Assembly (NCBI GenBank): GCA_041641295.1
Contig: JBEPYO010000001.1
Coordinates: 485,262 to 517,261 of the forward strand
Length of the DNA stretch: 32,000 bases
Source: Nitrososphaerota archaeon
GTDB lineage: Archaea; Thermoproteota; Nitrososphaeria_A; Caldarchaeales; Calditenuaceae
Direction: 5' to 3'
In this document: positions 7,952 through 17,600 of the stretch, piece after piece
Layout: every line of letters begins with the position of its first letter
Numbering within the stretch: position 1 is the stretch's first letter
Program-made: the position numbers and the translations under genes
Notes under the pieces: generated by a model
Seen by the model: the letters and a program-made list of their open reading frames with translations, nothing else
What the model was told of the DNA's origin: nothing
Database searches by the model: none

Positions 7952-8250
7952 CCGCCAGACCCCCTCCCCATCTCCCTGAGCCTGGCCTCTATCTCCGCGA
8001 TCCTCTTCTTCAGCTCCTCTATCTCGGCCTTGTTATGTATGTTGGCCGCCAGGTTCATCGAGTCTAGGATGGTTATCTCACCCAAGCCGCCCATCGCAGC
8101 GTGCTCCTGGCCCCAGACCTCCCTGATCAGCGTGTCCAAGGCCCTCCTATGCCTCTCCTCCCTTAGAAGCGGTCTATAGGTCCGCCTAAGCCGCTCCACA
8201 ACCTGCCTGTAGAGCTGTCTGAAGGGAGGGGTAATCCTACCCAAGCCCAC
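7948..8250 (-). CDS. Small conserved-looking protein in the PolB/RadA cluster, function unknown
   Basis: 100 aa. Basic helical N-terminus and a predicted coiled-coil-like C-terminus (NKAEIEELKKRIAEIEARLREMG). It overlaps the upstream RadA-like gene by 14 nt; the start could also be TTG 8244. Confidence 0.7.
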   Translation of the reverse strand: MGLGRITPPFRQLYRQVVERLRRTYRPLLREERHRRALDTLIREVWGQEHAAMGGLGEITILDSMNLAANIHNKAEIEELKKRIAEIEARLREMGRGSGG

Positions 8251-8947
8251 CAGCCAGGGGGAGGATCCGAGGGAGACCAGCCGCGGAGCAGGCAGCGAAG
8301 CGTGCTTGACGAGCCTGGCGACTAGGCCCGAGCCCCTCAGGGCGAAAAAACACTATCACTGCAGCCCTATGAATGATCTGGGCCGGGAGCTTGGGCGTGG
8401 CGCGGGCCGGGTCTGGTGAGTCTTCTATGGAGGGGGCTGTGACCACCAGCGGTGCAGAGGCCCTAGAGGCGGCCTCCATGAGGATTGAGACCGACTTGAC
8501 GAGGGCGGATGAGGCCTCGCCGCCCTCCCTATCCAGGAAGGCTGGGGCGTTGTGCATGGCTATGAGCGCCACCCTCCCCCTCTTTCCGATATCCTCTGAG
8601 AGCTCCTCAGCCGCGCAGACCTGCCGCCTAGCGTTGAAGGCCGCGGCGCAGCGTATTGCTGACAGGACCTTGAGGGGCTCTACACCCGCCATCTTCGAGA
8701 CTGTCGAGAGGGATGTGGCGTCGATGAGTGTCTTCTCGCCATAGTAGTCAGTGTTGTTCAGATACGCCACCCACCCGTGCCTCGAGGCCTCAACCATCAG
8801 CCTGTAGAGCACGAGGTCGGTGACCACCCGGTCCCCGTAGAAGATGTGCAGGGCTCCGGGCCTAAGCCCACCTATCAGAGCGTCAAGCCGCTCCAAGCCG
8901 GTTGGTACTGGGCGGCGGAGAAGCATCAGCTCGGAGGCCCGTTTCAT
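8237..8947 (-). CDS. RecA/RadA-superfamily paralog lacking Walker A and Walker B residues (pseudo-ATPase)
   Basis: VPTGLERLDALIGGLRPGALHIFYGDRVVTDLVLYRLMVEA aligns with RadA ITTGCSSLDNLLMGGVETQAVTELVGEYGCGKTQICHTLCV, but the P-loop GxxxxGKT is YGDRVVTD and Walker B VVVDS corresponds to VALIAMH. ATG 8947 is used (TTG 8950 also possible). Confidence 0.75.
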   Translation of the reverse strand: MKRASELMLLRRPVPTGLERLDALIGGLRPGALHIFYGDRVVTDLVLYRLMVEASRHGWVAYLNNTDYYGEKTLIDATSLSTVSKMAGVEPLKVLSAIRCAAAFNARRQVCAAEELSEDIGKRGRVALIAMHNAPAFLDREGGEASSALVKSVSILMEAASRASAPLVVTAPSIEDSPDPARATPKLPAQIIHRAAVIVFFRPEGLGPSRQARQARFAACSAAGLPRILPLAGGLG

Positions 8948-8997
8948 CAAGACTCATCAACGCCTCCGGGGGGAGACCACCCTCCCGGCCCACGCAG

Positions 8998-10017
8998 CTA
9001 CCGCTTTGACTCCGCGTCCTCTATGCCCTTCTCCGAGATCCTAAAGCGCGCCTCCAGGTCAGACGGGTGGTAGGGGCTGTCCATTATCCTGGCTATCCTC
9101 GTATCATCTGGCCCCCTCCTCAGGAATACTCTATACGTCGTGCTGTGGGCTAGGACGTGGCCGCCGCTGGGCTTTGTGGGGTTCCCATAGAAGGCTCCGG
9201 GGTCTCCGACGACCTGGTTAGTAACTACTACTGCAACATTCCTAATCTCCGCCAGCCTGAGCAGGCGGTGGAGCGTCGCGTTAAGCTTCTGCTGCCTCTC
9301 CGACAGATTCTCCCTACCCACATAGTCTGCCCTGAAGTGTGAGATGATCGAGTCTACGACAACGAGCCTAGCCTTGTACTTCTCCAAGTGCCTCCCAAGC
9401 TCCCTCACGACGAGCTGGAGGTGGCTCGAGTTATACACCTCCGACACCACAACACCTTCTAAGACCTTGTCAGGATTCAGGCCGCGGGCCTTGGCTATCT
9501 CGTAAATCCTCTCAGGCCTAAACGTCGACTCGGTGTCGATGTATATCGCTCCTGCGGAGAGGCCGCCCTTCTCCCGCGGCAGCTGGACAGTGACGCAGAG
9601 GGTGTGGCATATCTGGGTCTTCCCACACCCATACTCGCCTACCAGCTCAGTCACCGCCTGAGTCTCCACACCACCCATCAGCAGGTTGTCAAGAGACGAG
9701 CAGCCGGTAGTTATCCGCTCCAGGCTCTTCCTACGCTCCAAGACCTCCTTCCCAGTCATCAGCTCGGAGTCCAAGAATCCGCTGCTGACCAGTAGGACCC
9801 TGGCCTGGAGGCAGAGCTCCTCGGCCTTCTTCGCATCAATCCCAGCCTCAACAAGCTCGCGGGGAGAGGCCGCGGCTAGGTCTAGCAGGCTATATATCCC
9901 AATGGAGGTTAGCTTCTCTTTAGTAGCCTCACCCACGCCCCTCAGGTCTGCTAGGCTGTAGATGTCCACCTCCTCGCCGTCCTCGCGGGCCTCACCCCTC
10001 TTGGCTGCGGGGCTCAT
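8998..10017 (-). CDS. radA: DNA repair and recombination protein RadA
   Basis: 339 aa with an N-terminal HhH domain (LADLRGVGEATKEKL), Walker A GEYGCGKT, Walker B LVVVDSI, and L2/C-terminal TNQVVGDPGAFYGNPTKPSGGHVLAHSTTYRVFLRR. Confidence 0.96.
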   Translation of the reverse strand: MSPAAKRGEAREDGEEVDIYSLADLRGVGEATKEKLTSIGIYSLLDLAAASPRELVEAGIDAKKAEELCLQARVLLVSSGFLDSELMTGKEVLERRKSLERITTGCSSLDNLLMGGVETQAVTELVGEYGCGKTQICHTLCVTVQLPREKGGLSAGAIYIDTESTFRPERIYEIAKARGLNPDKVLEGVVVSEVYNSSHLQLVVRELGRHLEKYKARLVVVDSIISHFRADYVGRENLSERQQKLNATLHRLLRLAEIRNVAVVVTNQVVGDPGAFYGNPTKPSGGHVLAHSTTYRVFLRRGPDDTRIARIMDSPYHPSDLEARFRISEKGIEDAESKR

Positions 10018-10027
10018 GGCCAGAATC

Positions 10028-10055
10028 GGGGACCCGGCATAGATATAGATTAAGA
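10028..10055 (-). promoter_or_regulatory. Putative radA promoter (TATA-like element, leaderless arrangement)
   Basis: The reverse-strand sequence upstream of ATG 10017 is gtcttaatctatatctatgccggg; the AT-rich core is about 25-30 nt from the start codon, as expected for a leaderless archaeal transcript. Confidence 0.4.
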
Positions 10056-10099
10056 CCCCTCGGCGAAAGTAACGAATGAAAAGTAAAGGGACGGCGGGG

Positions 10100-10534
10100 C
10101 TACTCTATCACGACCCGCTCGATCTTGAAGTGCCTCTTGGCCATTCTCCGCACTATCCCCACGTTCCGGCCGCCCTTTCCAATCACCATCGCCTTGTCCT
10201 CGGGGTCGACCTTGATGATGGCTGTGAGCTGCCCATCCTTGCCAGGAACTATCTTGACCTCCCGCGCCTTAGCTGGCTTCACCGCGTTGGATAGGAAGGA
10301 GGCTGCATCCCCACAGTATTCCACGACCTTCAGCCGCTTCTTCAATAGGTTTGACAGCTCCTGTATCTTCACTCCCTTCTTACCGATGGCTCGGCCGAAC
10401 TCGCCCTCCCTGACCAGGAAGACGATCTGCTCGTCGTCGGCTAGGCAGTCAATCACGGTTGCCCCAGTATAGCTCTGGAAAAGGGAGACAAGCCTCATCT
10501 CACGTTCTGTTAGCTTGATCTCCTCGTCTGTCAA
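10100..10534 (-). CDS. nusA: NusA-like KH-domain transcription factor
   Basis: 144 aa with two KH domains (FGRAIGKKGVKIQEL; KAMVIGKGGRNVGIVRRM), located downstream of rpoA and L30e as in other archaea. TTG start overlaps the previous stop (TTGA). Confidence 0.92.
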   Translation of the reverse strand: MTDEEIKLTEREMRLVSLFQSYTGATVIDCLADDEQIVFLVREGEFGRAIGKKGVKIQELSNLLKKRLKVVEYCGDAASFLSNAVKPAKAREVKIVPGKDGQLTAIIKVDPEDKAMVIGKGGRNVGIVRRMAKRHFKIERVVIE

Positions 10535-10827
10535 CTGGCCTCGCCCAGTAGTGAAGAGTTTCCAAGATCGATTATCGCAACGGCTGATGCTCCGAACGGC
10601 TTACCGAGCGCTTGGCCTATCTCTCTCGCGGTCAGGTCAGAGTAGATTATAGGGATCGCCGAGATCTTAGCTGCGAGTTCCATCTTCTGCCTCACGCTCT
10701 CCGGGCAGTTACTGGCTAGGACTATAGCCTTAGCCGACTTCCTCACCACGCTCAGATAGCTCTGCCTAAACCCGAGCAGGTATTTCCCAGTGAGCCTGAT
10801 AACTCCGAGCTCCTTCCTCACGTCCAT
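10531..10827 (-). CDS. rpl30e: Ribosomal protein L30e (eL30)
   Basis: 98 aa: GKYLLGFRQSYLSVVRKSAKAIVLASNCPESVRQKMELAAKISAIPIIYSDLTAREIGQALGKPFGASAVAIID. Conserved rpoA-L30e-nusA order. Confidence 0.92.
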   Translation of the reverse strand: MDVRKELGVIRLTGKYLLGFRQSYLSVVRKSAKAIVLASNCPESVRQKMELAAKISAIPIIYSDLTAREIGQALGKPFGASAVAIIDLGNSSLLGEAS

Positions 10828-13800
10828 TACTTCCCACCCGCATCGGAGCCCGACCCGCTATTCTGGTTCGGCAGGAGGTCGCTATACCTCATCAGGAGGC
10901 TCACCCTGCCAGTACCGACAGGAACCTCCCTGCCTATTAAGATTCTCTCAATGTTCCCCTGCAGATGATCAACCTCGCCAGATGCAGCCGCCTCAACCAG
11001 CGTCTGGAAGCTAATCTCGAAGGCCGCCCTCGCAAGGACGCTCGACTTCAGCCTCACAACACCGTGCCTCCCAACCTGTCTAACCCTCCCATCTAATGTC
11101 ATGGCGTCTGCCAATAGTAGCAGGTGTCTGACGTCGACGTCGAGGCCCTGCTCCCTCAAGAGCTGTTGAGCCTCCTCGACTATTAGCTGCCTCGCCGCCT
11201 CAATGCCGAGGACTGAGGCCACCTCGTGAATGTCGTTCGTCCTAACCCTTCTGAAATCAACCTCAGGTATGGACATGACCTCCTTGAGGTTTGAGCCCTC
11301 TGTCTGTATGAGGTATTCACCACCCTTCTTCCGGACGACAGCCTTTGTTATCTTCTTCACACCTCTCAGCCTCGTGTTAAGTATCCTAGTTTTCAGAAGT
11401 TCTAGAGAGTCTTGTTCAACCTCCTTAACTGTCAGGGAGACAGCCCGTTTAGACTCGATGAACTTGGGCTTGTAGGGCTTCAAGGCCTGGCTTAACTCCT
11501 CCCGCGTCACGTTTAGTTCCTTCAAGGCCTCTTCATCGAGCATGAGTATTATGTTGCCGGTCCTCGCCTCTATCCTAATCTCGTCTACAACATCGCCGAC
11601 GCTTATGTATTGGAGCCTGCTGGCAATCTTCCTAGCTAGCTTCGGATCCTGGTTGTAGGGTGGTTTAAGATATATGTACATCATGGGCGTGGAGGGTGCC
11701 CTTCTTGCATCGATTATCTCGATAAGCCTAGGTAGTCCTACGAGGATGCTCTGCTCCCTAACACCAGCGAAGTGGAATGTCCTGAGCGTGAGCTGTGTCC
11801 CAGGCTCGCCAAGGGACTGGGCTGCGATGATTCCGACAGGGTCTCCAGCCTCAACCATGCTTTGGAGATAGACCCGGTACGCCGTTGCGAAGACCCTCTC
11901 TATAGCGTCCTTCGGGACCTTAAGTTTGAGACAGGCGTCCGATAACTCCTGGATAGCCAGGGGTGGCATCAACCCCTCATACTTCTTGGCTACAGCCTCG
12001 ACATCCTCTTTTGCGGCTGGGCTGCCTTCGCCCTGCTGCTCCATTAGGACTTGCGATATGATGTTGGCGGGGATAAACGGCTTTCCGTGGTCGCTCTTAC
12101 CAGGGTCGACGCCGTCCTCGCCGTATAGGAATTGAACGATTTTCTTGGTGTCTGACATTCTGACTGAGCCGTCAAACTCTACGTAGAGTGATTCGAGGGC
12201 GTTTATGAGCCTACGCTGCATGTAGCCGCTCTGCTGCGTCCGGACCGCAGTGTCGACCAGCCCATCCCTTCCGCCCATCAGGTGGAAGAAGAACTCTATC
12301 GGGTCGAGGCCCTTGATGAATGGGTTGTATACGAAGCCTCTGGCGCGTGGAGATAGGTCGCCCCTCTCGAAGAACGTTAAGACTCTGTCCGTAAATCCTC
12401 TGCTAGGCCTCTCCCTCCTAACCGCCTGCTGACCAACTATGGCAATCATCTGGTCAATGTTCAGGGTGCTCCCCCTCGCTCCGGTCCTAGCCATGATGAC
12501 GAGTGGGTTGTCTATGGAGACATACTTCCTCACGAAGCTGCCAATCTCGTCCCTAGTCCTGGAGAGGAGTTCAAGTATTTCGGACTCAAACGCTTTCTCG
12601 GGAGTCTCACCGGGCTTAACTTCCAGTCTCCCCTTCTCATAGTCGGACTTTAGCTGCTGGAACTCCTTCTCCATCTTGTGGAGGTAGGATTGGACCTGCT
12701 TGTACACTTCCTCGGGTACCGTTAGATTCTCTATGCCGAATGTGAAGCCTCGGAGGTTTATGTACGTGTTGGCGAGCCTAATGACTCCGTTGAGGAATCT
12801 TGCAGCCTCCTCGTAGCCGTATTCCCTGAATATTCTGTGCAGAACGCTGTTAGCCTTCTCTACACCCACTATAGCCTTATCAATGAATCCTTGGACTAGC
12901 TTCCCCTTCTCTATTACGACCTGAGTATCTGAGCTGAAGTTGGACTGGACCCTGTGAGACAGGGTGGGTGGCAGGAGTAGGCTGAACACCTGCTTGCCGC
13001 TCCAAAGAGGCTGAGGATCTGTCTTCTCAGGTGGAGGCAGCTCGCCCTTGTACCCTATCGCGGAGAGGAGGTAACCAAGCGTCTGCTTATCCACATATGT
13101 GCCGTCTTTTGTCAACAGGTAGAGCGAGGTCAAGAAGTCTCTTATTGCACCTATAATCGGTGCGCCATATCTGGCGGAGATTATGTTTCGCTGGACCTGT
13201 AGTAGGAGCCTTGCCTCGGCCTGAGCCTCCTCACTCTGCGGGACGTGGAGGTTCATCTCGTCGCCGTCGAAGTCGGCGTTATAGGGTGTGCAGACTGCTA
13301 GGTTGAGTCTGAAGGTCTTATAGGGTAGGACTTTGACGCGGTGAGCCATGATGGAGACTCGGTGTAGGCTTGGCTGCCTGTTGAATAGTACAATGTCCCC
13401 GTCCCTTAGATGCCTCTCGACGATCCAGCCCTCCTCGAGGCTCTCAGCAACCTCGTCCAAGTTCTGAACATTCTTCAGACGAATCATCTTCCGGTCAGGC
13501 TTGATCACGTATTTTGCTCCCGGGTACTTGTCAGGCCCGTTCCTCACCATCTCCTTCAGCTTCTCCTTATTCCAGGGAGTGACGATCTCCGGTACGGTGA
13601 GCTGCATAGCTATCTCGAGTGGGACGCCCACCTCGTCGAAGTCTATGAGGGGATCGGGTGAGATGACTGTGCGCGCGGAGAAGTCGACACGTTTCCCGGA
13701 GAGGTTAAGCCTGAAGCGGCCCTCCTTACCCTTAAGCCTCTGGGCGAGCGTCTTCAATATCCTGCCCGACCTGTGCTGGGCCGGTGAGATACCTATCGTC

Positions 13801-14633
13801 TCGTTGTTGATGTAGGTTGTTACGTGGTATTGTAGTAGGTCTGAGAGCTCTGCTATGACTGGCGAGGGTGCGGCCGCTGCTATGCTCTCCTTCAGCCTCT
13901 GATTTACCCTCAGTATGTCGACCAGCTTGTGGGTTAGGTCGTCCTCAGAGCGGTAGTTGCTCTCAAGGGTTATTGAGGGCCTTACATAGACAGGGGGGAC
14001 GGGGAGTACTGTTAGAACCATCCACTCCGGCCTTGAAGACTGTGGGTCGATGTCGAGGAGCTCCAGGTCTGAGTCCGGTATTCTCTCGAGCCGCTGTCTC
14101 ACTGAGCCTGCTGTAAGCCTGACAGCCCCCTGTGGGGTGGATTCTACGAAGGTTGAGGGCTTCTCCAGCTCTATCTTAAACTGCTTCTCGCCGCAGTGTG
14201 GGCAGGTTTGGGTGGCCATTGCCTTTTGCTTAACCTTGTAGAAGAGGTGTCTGTACATTCTCCCCTCCTGCTTCAGCTGCCGCAGCCTCGCCCTGGTCTC
14301 CTCGATCTCGTTCTGGCTTAGCAGCAGCCTTCCACAAGACCTGCACGTACACCTAAGCAGTTCATGAATAATCTTGACGAATCCTATGTGTATGACGGGG
14401 ACTGCAAGCTCTATATGCCCAAAGTGTCCCGGACACGAGATGTATGTGTTTCCGCAGGTCTTGCACCTCTGCCCCGGCTCAAGAGTGCCTAGCATCGGGT
14501 CCATGACACCTGTCGGTATCGGCATCCCGTCCTCGTCGTAGGTGTCTGGACTCTGAACCTCGACGACACTCATACTCCTGATTAGGTTTGGCGGAAGTAT
14601 ACCGAACTTAATTGCTGAGATTATCCCCCTCAA
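10827..14633 (-). CDS. rpoA: DNA-directed RNA polymerase subunit A, unsplit (A' + A'' in one ORF)
   Basis: Contains N-terminal zinc site CKTCGNTYISCPGHFGHIEL, NADFDGDEMNLHVP, and A''-region GDPVGIIAAQSLGEPGTQLTLRTFHFAG in one frame. TTG 14633 overlaps the rpoB stop (TTGA) behind gaggaggtgggtggg; the ORF-track start at 14807 lies inside rpoB. Confidence 0.96.
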   Translation of the reverse strand: MRGIISAIKFGILPPNLIRSMSVVEVQSPDTYDEDGMPIPTGVMDPMLGTLEPGQRCKTCGNTYISCPGHFGHIELAVPVIHIGFVKIIHELLRCTCRSCGRLLLSQNEIEETRARLRQLKQEGRMYRHLFYKVKQKAMATQTCPHCGEKQFKIELEKPSTFVESTPQGAVRLTAGSVRQRLERIPDSDLELLDIDPQSSRPEWMVLTVLPVPPVYVRPSITLESNYRSEDDLTHKLVDILRVNQRLKESIAAAAPSPVIAELSDLLQYHVTTYINNETIGISPAQHRSGRILKTLAQRLKGKEGRFRLNLSGKRVDFSARTVISPDPLIDFDEVGVPLEIAMQLTVPEIVTPWNKEKLKEMVRNGPDKYPGAKYVIKPDRKMIRLKNVQNLDEVAESLEEGWIVERHLRDGDIVLFNRQPSLHRVSIMAHRVKVLPYKTFRLNLAVCTPYNADFDGDEMNLHVPQSEEAQAEARLLLQVQRNIISARYGAPIIGAIRDFLTSLYLLTKDGTYVDKQTLGYLLSAIGYKGELPPPEKTDPQPLWSGKQVFSLLLPPTLSHRVQSNFSSDTQVVIEKGKLVQGFIDKAIVGVEKANSVLHRIFREYGYEEAARFLNGVIRLANTYINLRGFTFGIENLTVPEEVYKQVQSYLHKMEKEFQQLKSDYEKGRLEVKPGETPEKAFESEILELLSRTRDEIGSFVRKYVSIDNPLVIMARTGARGSTLNIDQMIAIVGQQAVRRERPSRGFTDRVLTFFERGDLSPRARGFVYNPFIKGLDPIEFFFHLMGGRDGLVDTAVRTQQSGYMQRRLINALESLYVEFDGSVRMSDTKKIVQFLYGEDGVDPGKSDHGKPFIPANIISQVLMEQQGEGSPAAKEDVEAVAKKYEGLMPPLAIQELSDACLKLKVPKDAIERVFATAYRVYLQSMVEAGDPVGIIAAQSLGEPGTQLTLRTFHFAGVREQSILVGLPRLIEIIDARRAPSTPMMYIYLKPPYNQDPKLARKIASRLQYISVGDVVDEIRIEARTGNIILMLDEEALKELNVTREELSQALKPYKPKFIESKRAVSLTVKEVEQDSLELLKTRILNTRLRGVKKITKAVVRKKGGEYLIQTEGSNLKEVMSIPEVDFRRVRTNDIHEVASVLGIEAARQLIVEEAQQLLREQGLDVDVRHLLLLADAMTLDGRVRQVGRHGVVRLKSSVLARAAFEISFQTLVEAAASGEVDHLQGNIERILIGREVPVGTGRVSLLMRYSDLLPNQNSGSGSDAGGK

Positions 14634-17600
14634 CTCCCACCCACCTCCTCGAAGATGAGCTTTGGATAGATACACATGGCTAGAAGCTCGTTCAGTAGGA
14701 GGAAGAATGCATACGACATCGAGACTTGGACTCCTGAGAAGTCTTTGCCATGTACGGGGCAGATTAGCTGGTTCTGCTTGAGGTCGTAGTATGCCGGTAG
14801 CCCGCACTTCTCGCAGAAGTATGCAGAATACTTGTCGCTCTGCTCGAGTAGCCGGTCGAGGAGTAGGTAGCTTGCCCCGTAGGCGATTAGGCAGTCCCTC
14901 TCCATCTCCCCGAACTTGAGGCCTCCACCGCGGGAGCGGCCCTCGGTAGGCTGCCTCGTCAGTATCTGAACCTGGCCCCTAGACCTCGCGTGTATCTTGT
15001 CCCGGACCAAGTGGTGTAGCCTCTGATAATACACAACGCCAACGAATATCTCAACCTCGTACTTTCTGCCTGTAAGGCCGTCATACATGACCTCCGTTCC
15101 AGTGCCCTTAAAGCCGAGAGCCTCTAGCTCCGCCTTTATCTCCTCGAGGGGCTTGCCTATGAAGGGTGAGCCGTCGATCTCCTCGCCCTTCAGCCCGGCG
15201 AGTTTCCCGGCGAGGCTCTCAATCAGCTGTCCGACAGTCATTCTGGAGGGGAATGCGTGTGGATTAATTATCAGGTCTGGGACGATCCCGCTGGCAGTGT
15301 AGGGCATGTCCGCCTGTGGGAAGAGCATGCCTACAACGCCCTTCTGACCATGCCTCGAGGCGAATTTGTCCCCAATCTCTGCAAAGCAGTCGGTTCTGAT
15401 CCTGGCTTTGACTAGGGTTGTCTCTTCGAGCGTCTTAGTAACAAAGATCGTATCCACCACACCCGCCTCTGTAGGCTTAACGACCTCAGACGAGTCTCTC
15501 CAGACCATCTCCCTGGCAGGGGCCCTCATGTACTCTTCCATGAACCGTGGAGGGCTAACCATTCCGACGATAGCCATTCCTCCCACAACCTCCGACTCGG
15601 GGAAGGCAAGCCCGTCGGTGTCTAATGCGCGGTAGCATTGCTCGCCCCTGTAGCCCCTCACACTCGGCTCGGGAATGCCCAGCCTATCCTTCTCACCGCC
15701 TATGTACTGCTTTGCCTCCACCTCGTAGGTCCTATAGCTGATGCTGTAGCCCACGCCGCGCTCAACGGAGGATTTGTTTAGGACTACGGCGTCCTCCATG
15801 TTGTATCCATATCCTGTCAAGACAGCCACGACCAAGTTCTGGCCGATTGGCCTCTCTGTGAGTGAGAGCCGCTTCGTGAAGCGCGTAGATACTAGGGGCT
15901 TCTGGGGATAGACCAGTAGGTGGAGCCTAGAGTCAGTCCTCAGGTTTAGGCTTGTTAGGGGAACTCCCAGCGCCTGCTTAGCCATTGAGGCTTCGTAGAC
16001 GTTTCTCGGCGACTGGTTATGGTTACTGTAGGGTATTATTGAGGCTACAGCGCCCATCGTGAGGAGCGGCGAAATTTCTAGATAGTTGTGGTTGGGGGTC
16101 AGGCTTTCTGGAGAGAGGGCGACCAAGACGTTTTCCTCCTCAGAAGCGTCTAAGAACTCTACAGCACCTATCGAAACCAGATCCCTAAACCTGAAAGTCC
16201 CATTGGACAGCGATTCAATCATCGCCCTCGAGATGCTAGGCACACCATTCTCCGCCACTATTAGCGGCCTCCTGACCCGGCCCTCGTCGGTGTAAATCTC
16301 AACTTCCTGGATGTGTGGATACTCGTTTAGGCAGATATTGACGGCGGGGCTAATCTCACCCTTCCTACGTAAGGCTCTAAGCTCGCGGACCAGAGCACGG
16401 CCGTCCGGATGATAGCCTATCAGCTCGTTGTCCAAGTAGACTTTTGCACCATACGTCTTCTTCCGCCCACGCCTCCTCTCGTCAAGCGCCACAAAGACGC
16501 CGACCATACCGAGGTCTACCAGCCTTCTCTTCAGCTCAATCCTGTCCTGCTGCGAGAGTGGGACTGTGACCTCGGCACCTAAGGCTAGGTTTTTGACGAG
16601 CCCGGAGTTCGCTCCTTCTGGCGTCTCAACGGGACATATTCTACCCCAGTGTGTCCCGTGTAGGTCTCTTGCCTCGAAGTGTGCTTGGCTACGGCTAAGC
16701 GGCGACTGCACCCTCCTCAGATGGCTGATAGTGGCTAGATAGTTAGTCCTGTTCAACAGCTGTGTTACGCCAACACGCCCACCGGGCCAGTTCCCAGTCG
16801 CAAATGCGTGAATAACGACGTCGTTAACTATGCTGGGCTTAACAAACGGTGAGATTGTGATTGGATAGCGCGACGCCATGCTCTTTTCGAGCTGATACTT
16901 GATGTCTCGGATCAGCTTGGTGAGAGCCATTCGGTAGAGTTCTGTCAGGAGTGGGTTCTCCAGCTTCAGCCTCTTGTTACCGTAGTGGTCTTTGTCCGAG
17001 GGCTTTCTGAGACCCACGCTCGTCTCGAGTAGCTTCCCAACTATGTCGCATAGGAGTATTCCCTTCTTGTATCTCGCGTCGGGGGTCGTCCCTACATGGA
17101 GCATGAATATGTTGTCTATCATCTGCTCAGCCCGCTGTTTCCTGTACTCCTCGGCATAGCCGAAGGCTATCCTGTTCCCTATGTACACTAGGGCGTCATC
17201 CGCCGTCTCAACGCCCTCGGCCTCCCTGAATGACGGCTCGAGAAGCTCCTGTATCGCGGAGTTGTTCGATATGAGATTGACTATCTCGCTGTCCTTAGTC
17301 AGACCAAGAGCCCTCAGCATGACTATCAGTGGAATACCCTTGTAGATCCTCGAGAAGAAGACCTTTATGGGGCCACCCGGCTTGTAGGTGACCTCAACCT
17401 TACTCATCCTACCCTGAGAGGAGGAGAGAAGCATCGCAGAGTACTGTGGATTCTCCTTCTGATCCTTCACAGTCACGAGAACCTTGTTGGGTGAGAGATC
17501 CTCTATCGCCACTATAACCCTCTCTGACCCGTTTATGATGAAGTAGCCGCCTGGGTCTAGCGGGTCTTCACCTATAGCCGCGAGCTCTTCTGGGGTCATC

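Noticed and set aside
7542-7979. 145-aa plus-strand ORF rich in Ser/Thr/Arg
   Set aside because: Fully antisense to the PolB N-terminal region; composition is typical of a spurious shadow ORF in GC-rich coding DNA.
8373-8744. 123-aa plus-strand ORF
   Set aside because: Antisense to the RadA-like paralog; composition looks like a shadow ORF.
8951-8997. Short GGGAG-N6-CTCCC hairpin between radA and the RadA-like gene as a terminator
   Set aside because: Only a 5-bp stem, not followed by a T-run, and located between tightly spaced co-directional genes; more likely incidental or part of the ribosome-binding context.
14634-14807. ORF-track N-terminal extension of rpoA (start 14807)
   Set aside because: It lies entirely inside rpoB and encodes non-RpoA-like sequence; TTG 14633 behind a GGAGGTG-type site gives the expected RpoA N-terminus.
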